A stretch of 32,000 nucleotides of DNA from Longivirga aurantiaca. GTDB taxonomy: Bacteria > Actinomycetota > Actinomycetes > S36-B12 > CAIYMF01. Under the pieces are notes generated by a model. That model saw only the letters and a list, made by a program, of their open reading frames with translations. It did no database searches and had not been told where the DNA came from. Position numbers and translations under genes: made by a program. Every line of letters starts with the position of its first letter. Positions within the stretch are counted from its first letter, which is position 1. Shown in pieces: positions 16,267-24,674 of the stretch. The stretch covers positions 120,001 to 152,000 of the forward strand of contig NZ_JBHSTI010000002.1 of the NCBI RefSeq assembly GCF_042660085.1, given 5' to 3'.

Positions 16267-17070
16267 GTGAGCGCCGCATCCGGAACGACCGGAACATCGA
16301 ACCCGAGGTCGGAACGCCGTCATCTGGGGTGGATCGGTGTTGCCGCCCTCTGGGTTGCCTTCGCCTTCCTGCCCGCGATCGTCGACAACGTCGTGCACGG
16401 GAACTTCGACAACTACTTCCCCGACATCGCCCGGGCCACCAGCCTGCTTCCCGGGCGTGTCACCGAGTTCGTCCTCATCGTCGTGGTCATCTCGGCGCTG
16501 CGATGGTGGCCGGTGGTGTGGCGCGAGCGGCTCCGCGCTCGCGCCTGGGTGTGGGTCGTGGTCGTCGTCCCGCTCGCCATGTCGCTGTGGTTCATCGACC
16601 GCGACAACGTGGCGGCGTCGGGCTGGGCCCTGGCCCTGGGCGTTCTCGCCATCTCGTTGCTCATCGGCTTCTCCGAAGAGCTGTTCTTCCGAGGCGTGAT
16701 CCTCACGGCTATGCGTGACCGCTACGGCAGGGAATGGCTCGCCGCGCTCATCACCACCGTCATCTTCGGCCTGTCGCACTTCTCCGGTGGCGTCCCCAAC
16801 ATCCTGTCGACGCTGGTCACCGGCTTCCTCTTCTACTGGATGCGCCGCGTCTCCGGGGGCATCCTCGTCCCGGCGCTCGTGCACTCCCTCTACGACTTCG
16901 CCATCTACACCAGCTACACGGGCCCGCACCCCGCCGACACAGATTCGTTGAGCCTGTCGGTGTTCTTGGTCGGGGCGCTGCTCTCGATCGTCCTGCTCGC
17001 GCTGCACCGGTACGCCGCACCGGCCGGGACGACCCCGTTCACACCTGATGTGGGCGTGGAGGGCAGTTGA
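16267..17070 (+). CDS. CPBP family intramembrane glutamic endopeptidase (CAAX protease / Abi family)
   Basis: Multi-TM protein with the diagnostic EELFFRG (motif 1), FGLSHF (motif 2) and ALVHSLYDF (motif 3). SD GGAGGAG lies 5 nt upstream of GTG 16267. Confidence 0.85.
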   Translation: MSAASGTTGTSNPRSERRHLGWIGVAALWVAFAFLPAIVDNVVHGNFDNYFPDIARATSLLPGRVTEFVLIVVVISALRWWPVVWRERLRARAWVWVVVVVPLAMSLWFIDRDNVAASGWALALGVLAISLLIGFSEELFFRGVILTAMRDRYGREWLAALITTVIFGLSHFSGGVPNILSTLVTGFLFYWMRRVSGGILVPALVHSLYDFAIYTSYTGPHPADTDSLSLSVFLVGALLSIVLLALHRYAAPAGTTPFTPDVGVEGS

Positions 17071-17178
17071 CCGCAACCGAGGCAGAAGCGGCCGATAGCT
17101 GAGTCAGGCCGGGCGGGAACACACCGCCGATTCAACATCCCTGCCGATAGCACCCGGTTCGTCCGGCACGATCGTCAC

Positions 17179-17403
17179 GTGATCAGGGGGGCGCTGGGAT
17201 GGCCCCTCGTAGTGGGACTCATCCTCTGCATCCCTGTTTCGCTGGTCGTCCAAGCCGCCACCGACGACAGTGCCGCAGGTACGGCGTTCGGGTGGGTCTG
17301 GTTCGCCCCGATCGTCGTCGCGGACCTGATCTTGCGTCGGCGCGGACCACGCGCCGACCAGGAGGATCCGCCTCGGGGACGACGCGAACGCAGCAGCGGC
17401 TGA
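17179..17403 (+). CDS. Possible small two-TM membrane protein
   Basis: 74-aa ORF with two hydrophobic segments (WPLVVGLILCIPVSLVV; FGWVWFAPIVVADLIL) and a basic tail. No SD, and weaker GC3 than its neighbours. The competing antisense ORF 17104..17442 looks like junk. Confidence 0.3.
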   Translation: MIRGALGWPLVVGLILCIPVSLVVQAATDDSAAGTAFGWVWFAPIVVADLILRRRGPRADQEDPPRGRRERSSG

Positions 17404-17542
17404 CGCGTCGAGGTGCCGATCGCGCTCGTGCTCCGGGGTCACGGTAGAGGCTCGAAACGGTGAGATCCGTGGTGGCCCAACGGATCCAAGGAATCCGTGG
17501 AAACCCCTTGCGTTCGTACATGTGTACTATTACACTCCTCGC

Positions 17543-19087
17543 ATGGACCTGACCCGCGTCGATGTGATCCCCGCCCCGGCGGGGGTCCCGGTGTCGTACG
17601 TGGAGTCGCAGTGGCACCGCATCTCCGCCGAGCTGGAGGCCGACCGCGCGTTGACGCGCCTGGCGGGCATGCTCGACCGCGACCCCTGCTGGGACGACCT
17701 GCGGACGTTGGCGGGCGTGCGGGACGTGCCGCTGGACCAGGCCGGGCGGTTGATGCGCCTGATGGCGACCCAGCGGGTGTCGAGCTTCCTGAGCGGTCAG
17801 ACGGTCCTGGGCATCGTCGAGATCGCTGACGAGGGCGAGGCCCCCGAGGCGATGGACGAGCGCACCGCCCGGCACGAGGTCGGGCTGGCACTGGGCCGAT
17901 CCAAGGACCAGGCCGCGTTCCTCATCACCACCTACACGCGGCTGGTGCAGGAGTTCCCCGACTTCGTCACCGCGCTCACCGCCGGCCGGATCACCCTCGG
18001 ACACTGCTACGTCCTGCACGAGGAGACCGTGGTCGTCACCGACCCAGCCGCCCTGGCCCGGATCGCGGGCAAGGCCCTCCCGCTCGCGCAGGCGCAGTCC
18101 GCCACCCGGTTCCGCACCGCGCTGCGCCGCCTGATCCAGCGCCACGACCCCAACGCCGCCGAGCGCCGCCGCCAGGCCCGCCTCGCGCGCCGGGTCACCT
18201 ACTCCAACCTCGGCGACGGCGTCTCCTCGATGACCGTGGTCGCGCGCACCGAGGACGTCGAGGCGATGCGCGAGAGCATCGACGACGCCGCCATCTCCCT
18301 CATCACCGCCGACCGCGCCGCCGCCGACGCCGAAGCAGCTGCAGCGAGTGACACTGGAAGTGACGCCGGGCAGGGCGCCACGCAGTCACGCCCCCGCCTG
18401 ACCACCGCGCAGGCCCGCTCCGACGCCGTCGTGGCCGCGCTGCTCGGGGAGGTCGACGACGACGGCATCGTCACCTACGCCCCGCGCGAGCACCGCCAGA
18501 GCCGCCTCGAGCTCGTCATCGACGTCGCCACCGCCGCCGGCATCAAGGACAACCTCGCCCGCCTGGGCACTGACCCGATCTGCGCCGGCGTCGCCCGCGC
18601 CCTCATGGTCGACGTCGAGGTGATCGCCCGCGCCCTGGTCGCCGACGGCACCGCCCACCTGCTCGACCTCGGCCAGGACACCTACCTCTCGGCCAAGCAG
18701 CGCGCCCACATCCGCACCCGCGACCGCGCCACCTGCCGCTGCTGCGGGCGACGCGCCACCCGAGGCGAGATGGACCACCTCGTCGAGTTCCTGCGCGGCG
18801 GCCCCTCCGCCCCCTGGAACGAATGGTGGCTCTGCCGCGAATGCCACCAACGCAAGACCGCCGGCCAGCTCGACGTCGACGGACGCACCGACCACGCCGT
18901 GCAGATCACCACCCCGCACGGGATCGTCTACTGCTCCACCCCACCGCCCTACCTCGACGACCCCGACCGCGACTCCGTCCTCGCCGCCCGAACCACACCC
19001 GTCCGGTTCGTCCTGCCCCCACGCAGACGACCCCGACCCGCACCCACCCCCGCACCCGACCCTGCCGACGACACCCCACCCTTCTGA
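17543..19087 (+). CDS. DUF222-domain HNH endonuclease (actinobacterial 13E12-repeat-type family)
   Basis: C-terminal HNH/zinc motif [19 protein letters not shown]...[15 protein letters not shown]. Long Ala-rich DUF222-like N-terminal region and a Pro-rich tail. ATG 17543 is preferred. The track GTG 17522 adds YYYTPR, encoded by A/T-ending codons inside a promoter-like low-GC patch. Confidence 0.85.
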   Translation: MDLTRVDVIPAPAGVPVSYVESQWHRISAELEADRALTRLAGMLDRDPCWDDLRTLAGVRDVPLDQAGRLMRLMATQRVSSFLSGQTVLGIVEIADEGEAPEAMDERTARHEVGLALGRSKDQAAFLITTYTRLVQEFPDFVTALTAGRITLGHCYVLHEETVVVTDPAALARIAGKALPLAQAQSATRFRTALRRLIQRHDPNAAERRRQARLARRVTYSNLGDGVSSMTVVARTEDVEAMRESIDDAAISLITADRAAADAEAAAASDTGSDAGQGATQSRPRLTTAQARSDAVVAALLGEVDDDGIVTYAPREHRQSRLELVIDVATAAGIKDNLARLGTDPICAGVARALMVDVEVIARALVADGTAHLLDLGQDTYLSAKQRAHIRTRDRATCRCCGRRATRGEMDHLVEFLRGGPSAPWNEWWLCRECHQRKTAGQLDVDGRTDHAVQITTPHGIVYCSTPPPYLDDPDRDSVLAARTTPVRFVLPPRRRPRPAPTPAPDPADDTPPF

Positions 19088-19209
19088 CCACCCCGCCCCG
19101 CAGCCCCCACCCACCCGGTGAGGGCCCCGAGGCATGTCCGGAGCCGGATGCCACTGGATGTGCGCGCCCCGGAAGGCGCGGGCGGGCGGGATGCGGCCAG
19201 AATGACGGC

Positions 19210-20055
19210 ATGAGCGAGCAGGCAACGGCATCCGGCGGCATCGAGTGGGTCGCGAGCGGCGACTACACCGACATCCTCTACGCGACCGCCGAGGGCATCG
19301 CGAAGATCACCATCAACCGGCCCGAGGTCCACAACGCCTTCCGGCCCGAGACGATCATGGAGATCTCGCACGCCATCGAGGCCGCGCGCCAGGACAGCAC
19401 CGTCGGCGTCATCATCCTGACCGGCGCGGGCGGCAAGGCGTTCTGCTCGGGCGGCGACCAGCGGGTGCGCGGCGACGCCGGCTACGAGTCGGACGAGGGC
19501 CAGGTCGGCCGCTTCCACGTCACCGACCTGCAGGTGCAGATGCGCCGCTGTCCCAAGCCGATCGTCGCGATGGTCGCCGGCTGGGCGATCGGCGGCGGCC
19601 ACGTGCTGCAGGTGGTCTGCGACCTCACCATCGCGGCCGACAACGCGCGCTTCGGTCAGACCGGCCCCAAGGTCGGCTCGTTCGACGGCGGCTTCGGTGC
19701 CGCGGTGCTGTCGGACCTCGTCGGCCCGAAGAAGGCCAAGGAGATCTGGTTCCTCTGCCGCCAGTACGACGCCCAGCAGGCGCTCGACATGGGCCTCGTC
19801 AACACGGTCGTGCCGCTCGACGAGCTCGAGGCGACGACCGTGCAGTGGTGCAAGGAGATGCTGCAGCAGTCGCCGTTCGCGCTCCGCCTGCTGAAGGCGA
19901 GCTTCCACGCGGCCGAGGACGGGTACGCCGGCATCCAGCAGCTCGCGCACGACACCAACCTGCTGTTCTACGGGTCGGCCGAGGCGCGCGAGGGCCGCGA
20001 GGCCTTCAAGGCCAAGCGAACCCCCGACTTCGACCAGTTCTCGCGCCGCTCCTGA
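19210..20055 (+). CDS. menB: 1,4-dihydroxy-2-naphthoyl-CoA synthase (crotonase superfamily)
   Basis: [83 protein letters not shown]. Together these give the MenB signature including the C-terminal tail. The upstream 129 residues of the track ORF are non-coding read-through. Confidence 0.9.
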   Translation: MSEQATASGGIEWVASGDYTDILYATAEGIAKITINRPEVHNAFRPETIMEISHAIEAARQDSTVGVIILTGAGGKAFCSGGDQRVRGDAGYESDEGQVGRFHVTDLQVQMRRCPKPIVAMVAGWAIGGGHVLQVVCDLTIAADNARFGQTGPKVGSFDGGFGAAVLSDLVGPKKAKEIWFLCRQYDAQQALDMGLVNTVVPLDELEATTVQWCKEMLQQSPFALRLLKASFHAAEDGYAGIQQLAHDTNLLFYGSAEAREGREAFKAKRTPDFDQFSRRS

Positions 20056-20064
20056 CCGAGCCCG

Positions 20065-21447
20065 CTACGCCACCGGCTCGAACACCGCGGTGAAGTGCCG
20101 GAGGGTCGGCGGCTCCTCGACGATGCGGTAGCCGGTCAGCCGGTCCGCATGCGCGGCCACGTGGCGGCACGCCTCGATGACGTAGTCCATGTGGCTCTGC
20201 GTGTAGGTGCGGCGCGGGATCGCGAGGCGCACCAGGTCGCGTGCTGCGGGCACCTCGCTGCCGTCGGGCTGTCGGCCGAACATCGCGGTGCCGATCTCGC
20301 AGGTGCGTACGCCGCCGGCCTCGTAGAGCGCGACGGCGAGCGACTGGCCGGGGTACTGCAGCGGCGGGATGCCCGGCAGCATCGCGCGTGCGTCGATGTA
20401 GACCGCGTGGCCGCCGATCGGCGTCACCACCGGGATTCCCGCGTCGCGCAACGACTCTCCGAGGTACGCGGTCGAGCGGATGCGGTAGCGCAGGTAGTCG
20501 TGGTGCACGACCTCGCGCAGGCCCTGCGCGAGCGCCTCGAGGTCGCGGCCCGCAAGACCGCCGTACGTCGGGAAGCCCTCGGTCAGCACGAGCAGGTCGC
20601 GGCACCGCCGCGCGAGGTCGTCGTCGTCCATCGCGAGCCAGCCGCCGATGTTGCCCATCGGGTCCTTCTTCGCGCTCATCGTCATGCCGTCGGCGAGACC
20701 GGCGATCTCGCGCACGATGTCGGGCACCTCGCGGTCGGCGTGGCCGGGCTCGTACTCGCGGATGAACCACGCGTTCTCGGCGAAGCGGCACGCGTCGAGG
20801 AACAGCGGCTTGCCGTGCCGGTCGCAGATGTCGCGGACGGCGTGCAGGTTGGCGAGCGACACCGGCTGACCGCCGCCGCTGTTGTTGGTGATCGTCATCA
20901 TCACGAGCGGCACGTCGTCGCCGCGCTCCTGCAGCAGCGCCTCGAGGGCCTCGAGGTCCATGTCGCCCTTGAAGGCGTACGTCGAGATCGCGTCGAGCGC
21001 GGCGCCGCAGACGAGGTCGAGCGCCAGGGCGCCGGTGTACTCGACGTTGGCGCGCGTGGTGTCGAAGTGCGTGTTGTTGGGCACCACCTTGCCCGCGCCT
21101 CCGAGGACGCTGAAGAGGATGCGCTCGGCCGCGCGGCCCTGGTGCGTCGGGATCACGTGCTCGAACGGGAACAGCTCGCGGACGGCGTCGCGGAAGATGA
21201 AGTACGACGGCGACCCGGCGTACGACTCGTCGCCGTGCTGCAGCGCGGCCCACTGGTCGCGGCTCATCGCGCCGGTGCCCGAGTCCGTGAGCAGGTCGAC
21301 GATGACGTCCTGCGCGTGCACCTGGAAGAGGTTGTAGCCCGCGGAGCGCACGGCGGCCCGGCGCTGCTCGGGCGTGGTCATCCGCAGTGGCTCCACCGAG
21401 TGGATGCGGAAGGGCTCGATGATGGTGCGGAACTCGGGTGCGTCCAT
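20065..21447 (-). CDS. tnaA: Tryptophanase (beta-eliminating lyase family, PLP-dependent)
   Basis: EPFRI, DLLTDSGTGAM, PTHQGR, TITNNSGGGQPVSLANL, ARFAENAWFI, MSAKKD (PLP Lys), EGFPTYGGL, TYTQSHMD, LRHFTA. By recalled comparison these segments sit closer to E. coli TnaA than to Citrobacter tyrosine phenol-lyase (MSGKKD, EGMPSYGGL, LRFFTA). Confidence 0.8.
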   Translation of the reverse strand: MDAPEFRTIIEPFRIHSVEPLRMTTPEQRRAAVRSAGYNLFQVHAQDVIVDLLTDSGTGAMSRDQWAALQHGDESYAGSPSYFIFRDAVRELFPFEHVIPTHQGRAAERILFSVLGGAGKVVPNNTHFDTTRANVEYTGALALDLVCGAALDAISTYAFKGDMDLEALEALLQERGDDVPLVMMTITNNSGGGQPVSLANLHAVRDICDRHGKPLFLDACRFAENAWFIREYEPGHADREVPDIVREIAGLADGMTMSAKKDPMGNIGGWLAMDDDDLARRCRDLLVLTEGFPTYGGLAGRDLEALAQGLREVVHHDYLRYRIRSTAYLGESLRDAGIPVVTPIGGHAVYIDARAMLPGIPPLQYPGQSLAVALYEAGGVRTCEIGTAMFGRQPDGSEVPAARDLVRLAIPRRTYTQSHMDYVIEACRHVAAHADRLTGYRIVEEPPTLRHFTAVFEPVA

Positions 21448-21566
21448 GGCTCCAGCGTGGCCGTCGCGCGGCCCTGCCGGAATGGTGTGCGTCAGGGGAT
21501 CGGACCTGTCAGCCTGCTGATCGTGAGGCGATTCGCGCCTTCAGGCTCACGGACGGAAGACGGCCC

Positions 21567-22001
21567 ATGGACCGCACCGACTGGCACATCCTCGGCGAGC
21601 TGCAGGCCGACGCCCGGCTGTCGATCAACGAGCTCGGGCGGCGGGTGAGCCTGTCGGCGCCGTCGACGGGCGACCGCGTGCGCCGGCTGCAGGACTCCGG
21701 GGTGGTCACCGGCTACCACGCGCACGTGGACCCGGCGTCGGTCGGTCGCAGCGTGCGCGCCTTCGTGCGGATGCAGTGCTACGGCCCCACCTGCGTGCTG
21801 CGCGACCCGGCGGTCGCGGCATGGCCGGAGGTGCTGACCATGCACCGCGTCACCGGCGTCGACTGCACGGTGATGCTCGTGGCCGTCGACGACATCACCG
21901 CGTTCCAGGCGCTGCTCGACCGCCTCGCCGACTACGGGCGCCCGGAGAGCAGCATGGTGCTCGAGGACGTCGTCGCCTGGGCTCCCGTCCGCCCGCTGTG
22001 A
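21567..22001 (+). CDS. Lrp/AsnC family transcriptional regulator
   Basis: MDRTDWHILGELQADARLSINELGRRVSLSAPSTGDRVRRLQDSGVV HTH, followed by an RAM-like C-terminal domain. Divergent from tnaA. The 43 upstream residues of the track ORF were rejected. Confidence 0.85.
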   Translation: MDRTDWHILGELQADARLSINELGRRVSLSAPSTGDRVRRLQDSGVVTGYHAHVDPASVGRSVRAFVRMQCYGPTCVLRDPAVAAWPEVLTMHRVTGVDCTVMLVAVDDITAFQALLDRLADYGRPESSMVLEDVVAWAPVRPL

Positions 22002-22040
22002 GCCGATCGGCATGATGGGCCACGACCCGGAGGGACGACG

Positions 22041-22985
22041 ATGAGCGATCGATCCGACCGCGTGACCCTGCGGTTCCTGGCGGCACCTACCGACCTCGGC
22101 TACTCCGGCACCGTCGATGCCGGTCGCGTGCTCGAGTGGATCGACAAGGCGGGCTACGCCCTCGCCGCGCAGTGGAGCGGCAGGTACTGCGTCACGGCGT
22201 ACGTCGGCAACGTGCACTTCTCGCGCCCGGTGCTCGTCGGCCAGCTCGTCGAGGCGACCGCGCGGATCATCCACACCGGGCGCAGCAGCATGCACATCGA
22301 GGTGTCGGTGACCTCGCACGACCCTCGTGGCGGCGAGCCGGTCGAGGCGACGAGCTGCCTCATCATCTTCGTGGCCGTCGGCGACGACGGCCGCTCGGTC
22401 GAGGTGCCCGTGTGGACGCCGTCGACCGAGCACGACGTCGAGGCGCAGCAGGGCGCCGTACGCCGGATCGACCTGCGGGCCGCGATCGAGGCCGCGATGG
22501 CCGAGCAGCACTACACGTCGGCCGGCACCGCGCCGCGCGAGGTGCTGCGCTTCCTCGCCGCACCCACCGACGTGAACTGGGGCGGCAAGGTGCACGGCGG
22601 CATCGTCATGCGCTGGATCGACGAGGCCGCGCACGTGGTGGCCTCGCGGTGGACCGGCTCGACGCACAACGTCGCGGTCTACTCCGGCGGCATCCGCTTC
22701 TACCAGCCGCTGTTCATCGGCGACCTGGTTGAGGTAGAGGCCCGCCTCCTGCACACCGGCACGTCAAGCATGCACATCAGCGTGCACGTGCGCTCGGGCG
22801 ACCCGAAGGACGGCGAGCTGCGGCTCACCACGCACTGCCTCACCGTCTTCGTCGCGCTCGACGACGACGGCGCCGCTGTGCAGGTTCGCGCGTGGGTGCC
22901 GGCGAGCGACGAGGACCGCGCGCTGGCGGCGCATGCCCTCGACCTCGTCGCCCTGCGCAGCGCCGTCGACCGCTCCACGATCTGA
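22041..22985 (+). CDS. Acyl-CoA thioesterase with two tandem hotdog domains
   Basis: Internal duplication. First copy: LRFLAAPTDLGYSGTVDAGRVLEWIDKAGYALA...HTGRSSMHIEVSV. Second copy: LRFLAAPTDVNWGGKVHGGIVMRWIDEAAHVVA...HTGTSSMHISVHV. SD GGAGGGA upstream. Confidence 0.85.
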   Translation: MSDRSDRVTLRFLAAPTDLGYSGTVDAGRVLEWIDKAGYALAAQWSGRYCVTAYVGNVHFSRPVLVGQLVEATARIIHTGRSSMHIEVSVTSHDPRGGEPVEATSCLIIFVAVGDDGRSVEVPVWTPSTEHDVEAQQGAVRRIDLRAAIEAAMAEQHYTSAGTAPREVLRFLAAPTDVNWGGKVHGGIVMRWIDEAAHVVASRWTGSTHNVAVYSGGIRFYQPLFIGDLVEVEARLLHTGTSSMHISVHVRSGDPKDGELRLTTHCLTVFVALDDDGAAVQVRAWVPASDEDRALAAHALDLVALRSAVDRSTI

Positions 22986-22988
22986 GTC

Positions 22989-23327
22989 TCAGCCCCAGAA
23001 TAGCGCGGTGGGGTCGCGATCGATCTCGTCCAGCAGGTCGGCGACGGTCGATGTCGGTGACGAGTACGGATAGAGGTGGAAGGCCTCGTGCTGGTCGCAC
23101 CAGTACAACGACCACAGGCCGGTTGACTTCGTGTACCTGAGACGAGCGATGGGGGACCGCGTCCATTCGCCGTCACCCCGCCATGGTGGCCGGCACTCGA
23201 CGAGCGTGATGTGTCGGGGAGCGACGTCGCACTCGACCGTCACCTGATCCTGCATCTCGGCTGGCACGCGCTGCTCGCACCAACGTCGCACGCGGACGAC
23301 GTCAAGCTCCGGGAGACCACCAGGCAT
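22989..23327 (-). CDS. DUF3024 domain protein
   Basis: 112 aa. ...ITLVECRPPWRGDGEWTRSPIARLRYTKSTGLWSLYWCDQHEAFHLY matches my recollection of DUF3024. ATG at 23327. The rest of the 305-aa track ORF is Arg/Pro junk. Confidence 0.7.
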   Translation of the reverse strand: MPGGLPELDVVRVRRWCEQRVPAEMQDQVTVECDVAPRHITLVECRPPWRGDGEWTRSPIARLRYTKSTGLWSLYWCDQHEAFHLYPYSSPTSTVADLLDEIDRDPTALFWG

Positions 23328-23353
23328 ACGCCGAGCCTGGCACACGCGAGCGG

Positions 23354-23767
23354 TCACGCGGCGATGGCGCGGCTGCCGTCGAGGGTGACCACGTGGGCGC
23401 TGCTCAGCGTCCAACCGGTGCCGGCGATGGCCGCCTGGGTCGCTGCGATCCAGGCGTGGTCGTCGGGGGTCGGCGTCAGGCCACGCGCGCGGGCGGCTGC
23501 GACGATCACCGTGCCGCCCTCCAGGTCGGCTAGGCCTTCGCGCATCGCGTCGAAGAAGGCACGGACTGTCTGCGGGTCGCACGGGCCCGGGTCCGGCCCG
23601 ATCACGCACGGCTGTACGAGCCGGACGTCGGAGTCGCACGCCAGGACGACGAACGACTCGTCGACGCGGTCGTGATGGCCGACGACGAGGTCCAGCACGT
23701 CGGCGAGCAGCTGCGGCTCGGTGAGGGGAAGGGTGGGCCAGTTGTCGGGGAGGTCCTCGAAGGTCAT
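23354..23767 (-). CDS. Hypothetical protein (137 aa)
   Basis: Balanced, protein-like composition and high GC3. It ends 26 nt upstream of the DUF3024 gene on the same strand, so the two probably form a bicistron. No family recognised. Confidence 0.6.
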   Translation of the reverse strand: MTFEDLPDNWPTLPLTEPQLLADVLDLVVGHHDRVDESFVVLACDSDVRLVQPCVIGPDPGPCDPQTVRAFFDAMREGLADLEGGTVIVAAARARGLTPTPDDHAWIAATQAAIAGTGWTLSSAHVVTLDGSRAIAA

Positions 23768-23934
23768 GGCGGGAGGGTGCCCGAGCGGGCGATGAGTGCG
23801 CGGACGTCATCCACAGGCACGGGTCTCGTCGTCCGTCGGGCTGACGGGCTGACCACCGGAAGTACGACGTCGGCGGCGCAACGCCCGGCCCGCGGACCGA
23901 TGGCATACGTCGGCGCCGTGCCTACGGTCGAGGG

Positions 23935-24660
23935 ATGCCTCAGAACGACGCGGGCGACAACCTGCGCACCAGCCTGTCCAGACTCCTCACGTCCGGCACT
24001 GACACCAACCCCGCGCTCAACGCGCTGCTGGCCGACTACACGTCGTACCACCGGGTGCTCGCGATCGTGGGCGGCGCGTTCCTGCTCGCCCTCACCACGC
24101 TCAGCGTGATGCTGTGGGGGCGGTTCCGGCGCTCACGCACGCCCGGTCGGGGCTGGAGCTTCGAACGCCGCACGTACTTCGGGCTGGGGCTCGTCGCATT
24201 CGGCGCCGCGCTGTTCCTGGGGCTCGTCGTCGCGGCGAACGTCAGCACCGTCCTCGACCCGCGGCACGGGTTCGGCGGAGCGATGGGCCTGCTCGGTACG
24301 CCGAGGGCCGGGACGTCGGCTGCGCAGCTGCAGGACGCATTCGCGACGTGGCTGCAGTCGGGTGCGCCCTCAGTGCCGCCGGAGGTCACCCGGGCGATCG
24401 ACGAACGGCTCGCGTGGCAGCGGCCGAAGGCGATCATCACCAGCACGCTGCTGCTGGGGTTCGTGGCTGTCTCGGCGGTGACGTGGCGCTCCCTTATCCG
24501 GCGCTCGCACGGTCGAACGGGGAGGCGCTCGCTGCGCGGGTGGGGCCTGCTCGGCGCGGGCGTGTTGTCGGTCGCCGTCGGCCTGGTGCTGATGCTCATG
24601 GTGCTCGGCAACACCCAGGGCTCGCTGGCGCCGCTGTCGCTCACCCTCTTCTTCGGGTAG
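23935..24660 (+). CDS. Hypothetical integral membrane protein (about 4 TM helices)
   Basis: Hydrophobic segments VLAIVGGAFLLALTTLSVMLW, YFGLGLVAFGAALFLGLVVAANV, AIITSTLLLGFVAVSAVTW and GLLGAGVLSVAVGLVLMLMVLG, separated by basic loops. Confidence 0.65.
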   Translation: MPQNDAGDNLRTSLSRLLTSGTDTNPALNALLADYTSYHRVLAIVGGAFLLALTTLSVMLWGRFRRSRTPGRGWSFERRTYFGLGLVAFGAALFLGLVVAANVSTVLDPRHGFGGAMGLLGTPRAGTSAAQLQDAFATWLQSGAPSVPPEVTRAIDERLAWQRPKAIITSTLLLGFVAVSAVTWRSLIRRSHGRTGRRSLRGWGLLGAGVLSVAVGLVLMLMVLGNTQGSLAPLSLTLFFG

Positions 24661-24674
24661 CGATCGCACCGTGG

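Noticed and set aside
15153-17076. 521-aa (+) and 554-aa (-) ORFs spanning the ADH/CPBP region.
   Set aside because: They lie antisense or off-frame to genes with clear Zn-ADH and CPBP motifs. They have junk composition and cross an intergenic region with no start context.
19088-19209. CGCGCC/GGCGCG hairpin (about 19165-19185) as a terminator for the HNH gene or a regulatory element for menB.
   Set aside because: It has only a 6-bp stem, no T-run, and is indistinguishable from background GC-rich self-complementarity.
22982-22992. CTGAGTCTCAG palindrome containing both convergent stop codons (TGA 22983-85, TCA 22989-91), and a similar arrangement near 14926-14938.
   Set aside because: This is a trivial consequence of two convergent TGA stops a few nt apart. 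The stem is too short to act as a terminator.
690-23906. N-terminal extensions suggested by the track's longest-ORF starts (690..1799, 1433..3001, 10538..12148, 11617..12894, 12681..13691, 18823..20055, 21438..22001, 22989..23906).
   Set aside because: The extensions overlap upstream genes, have junk composition and lack an RBS. Internal ATG/GTG starts fit the family N-termini and form ATGA/GTGA couplings or have SD sequences.
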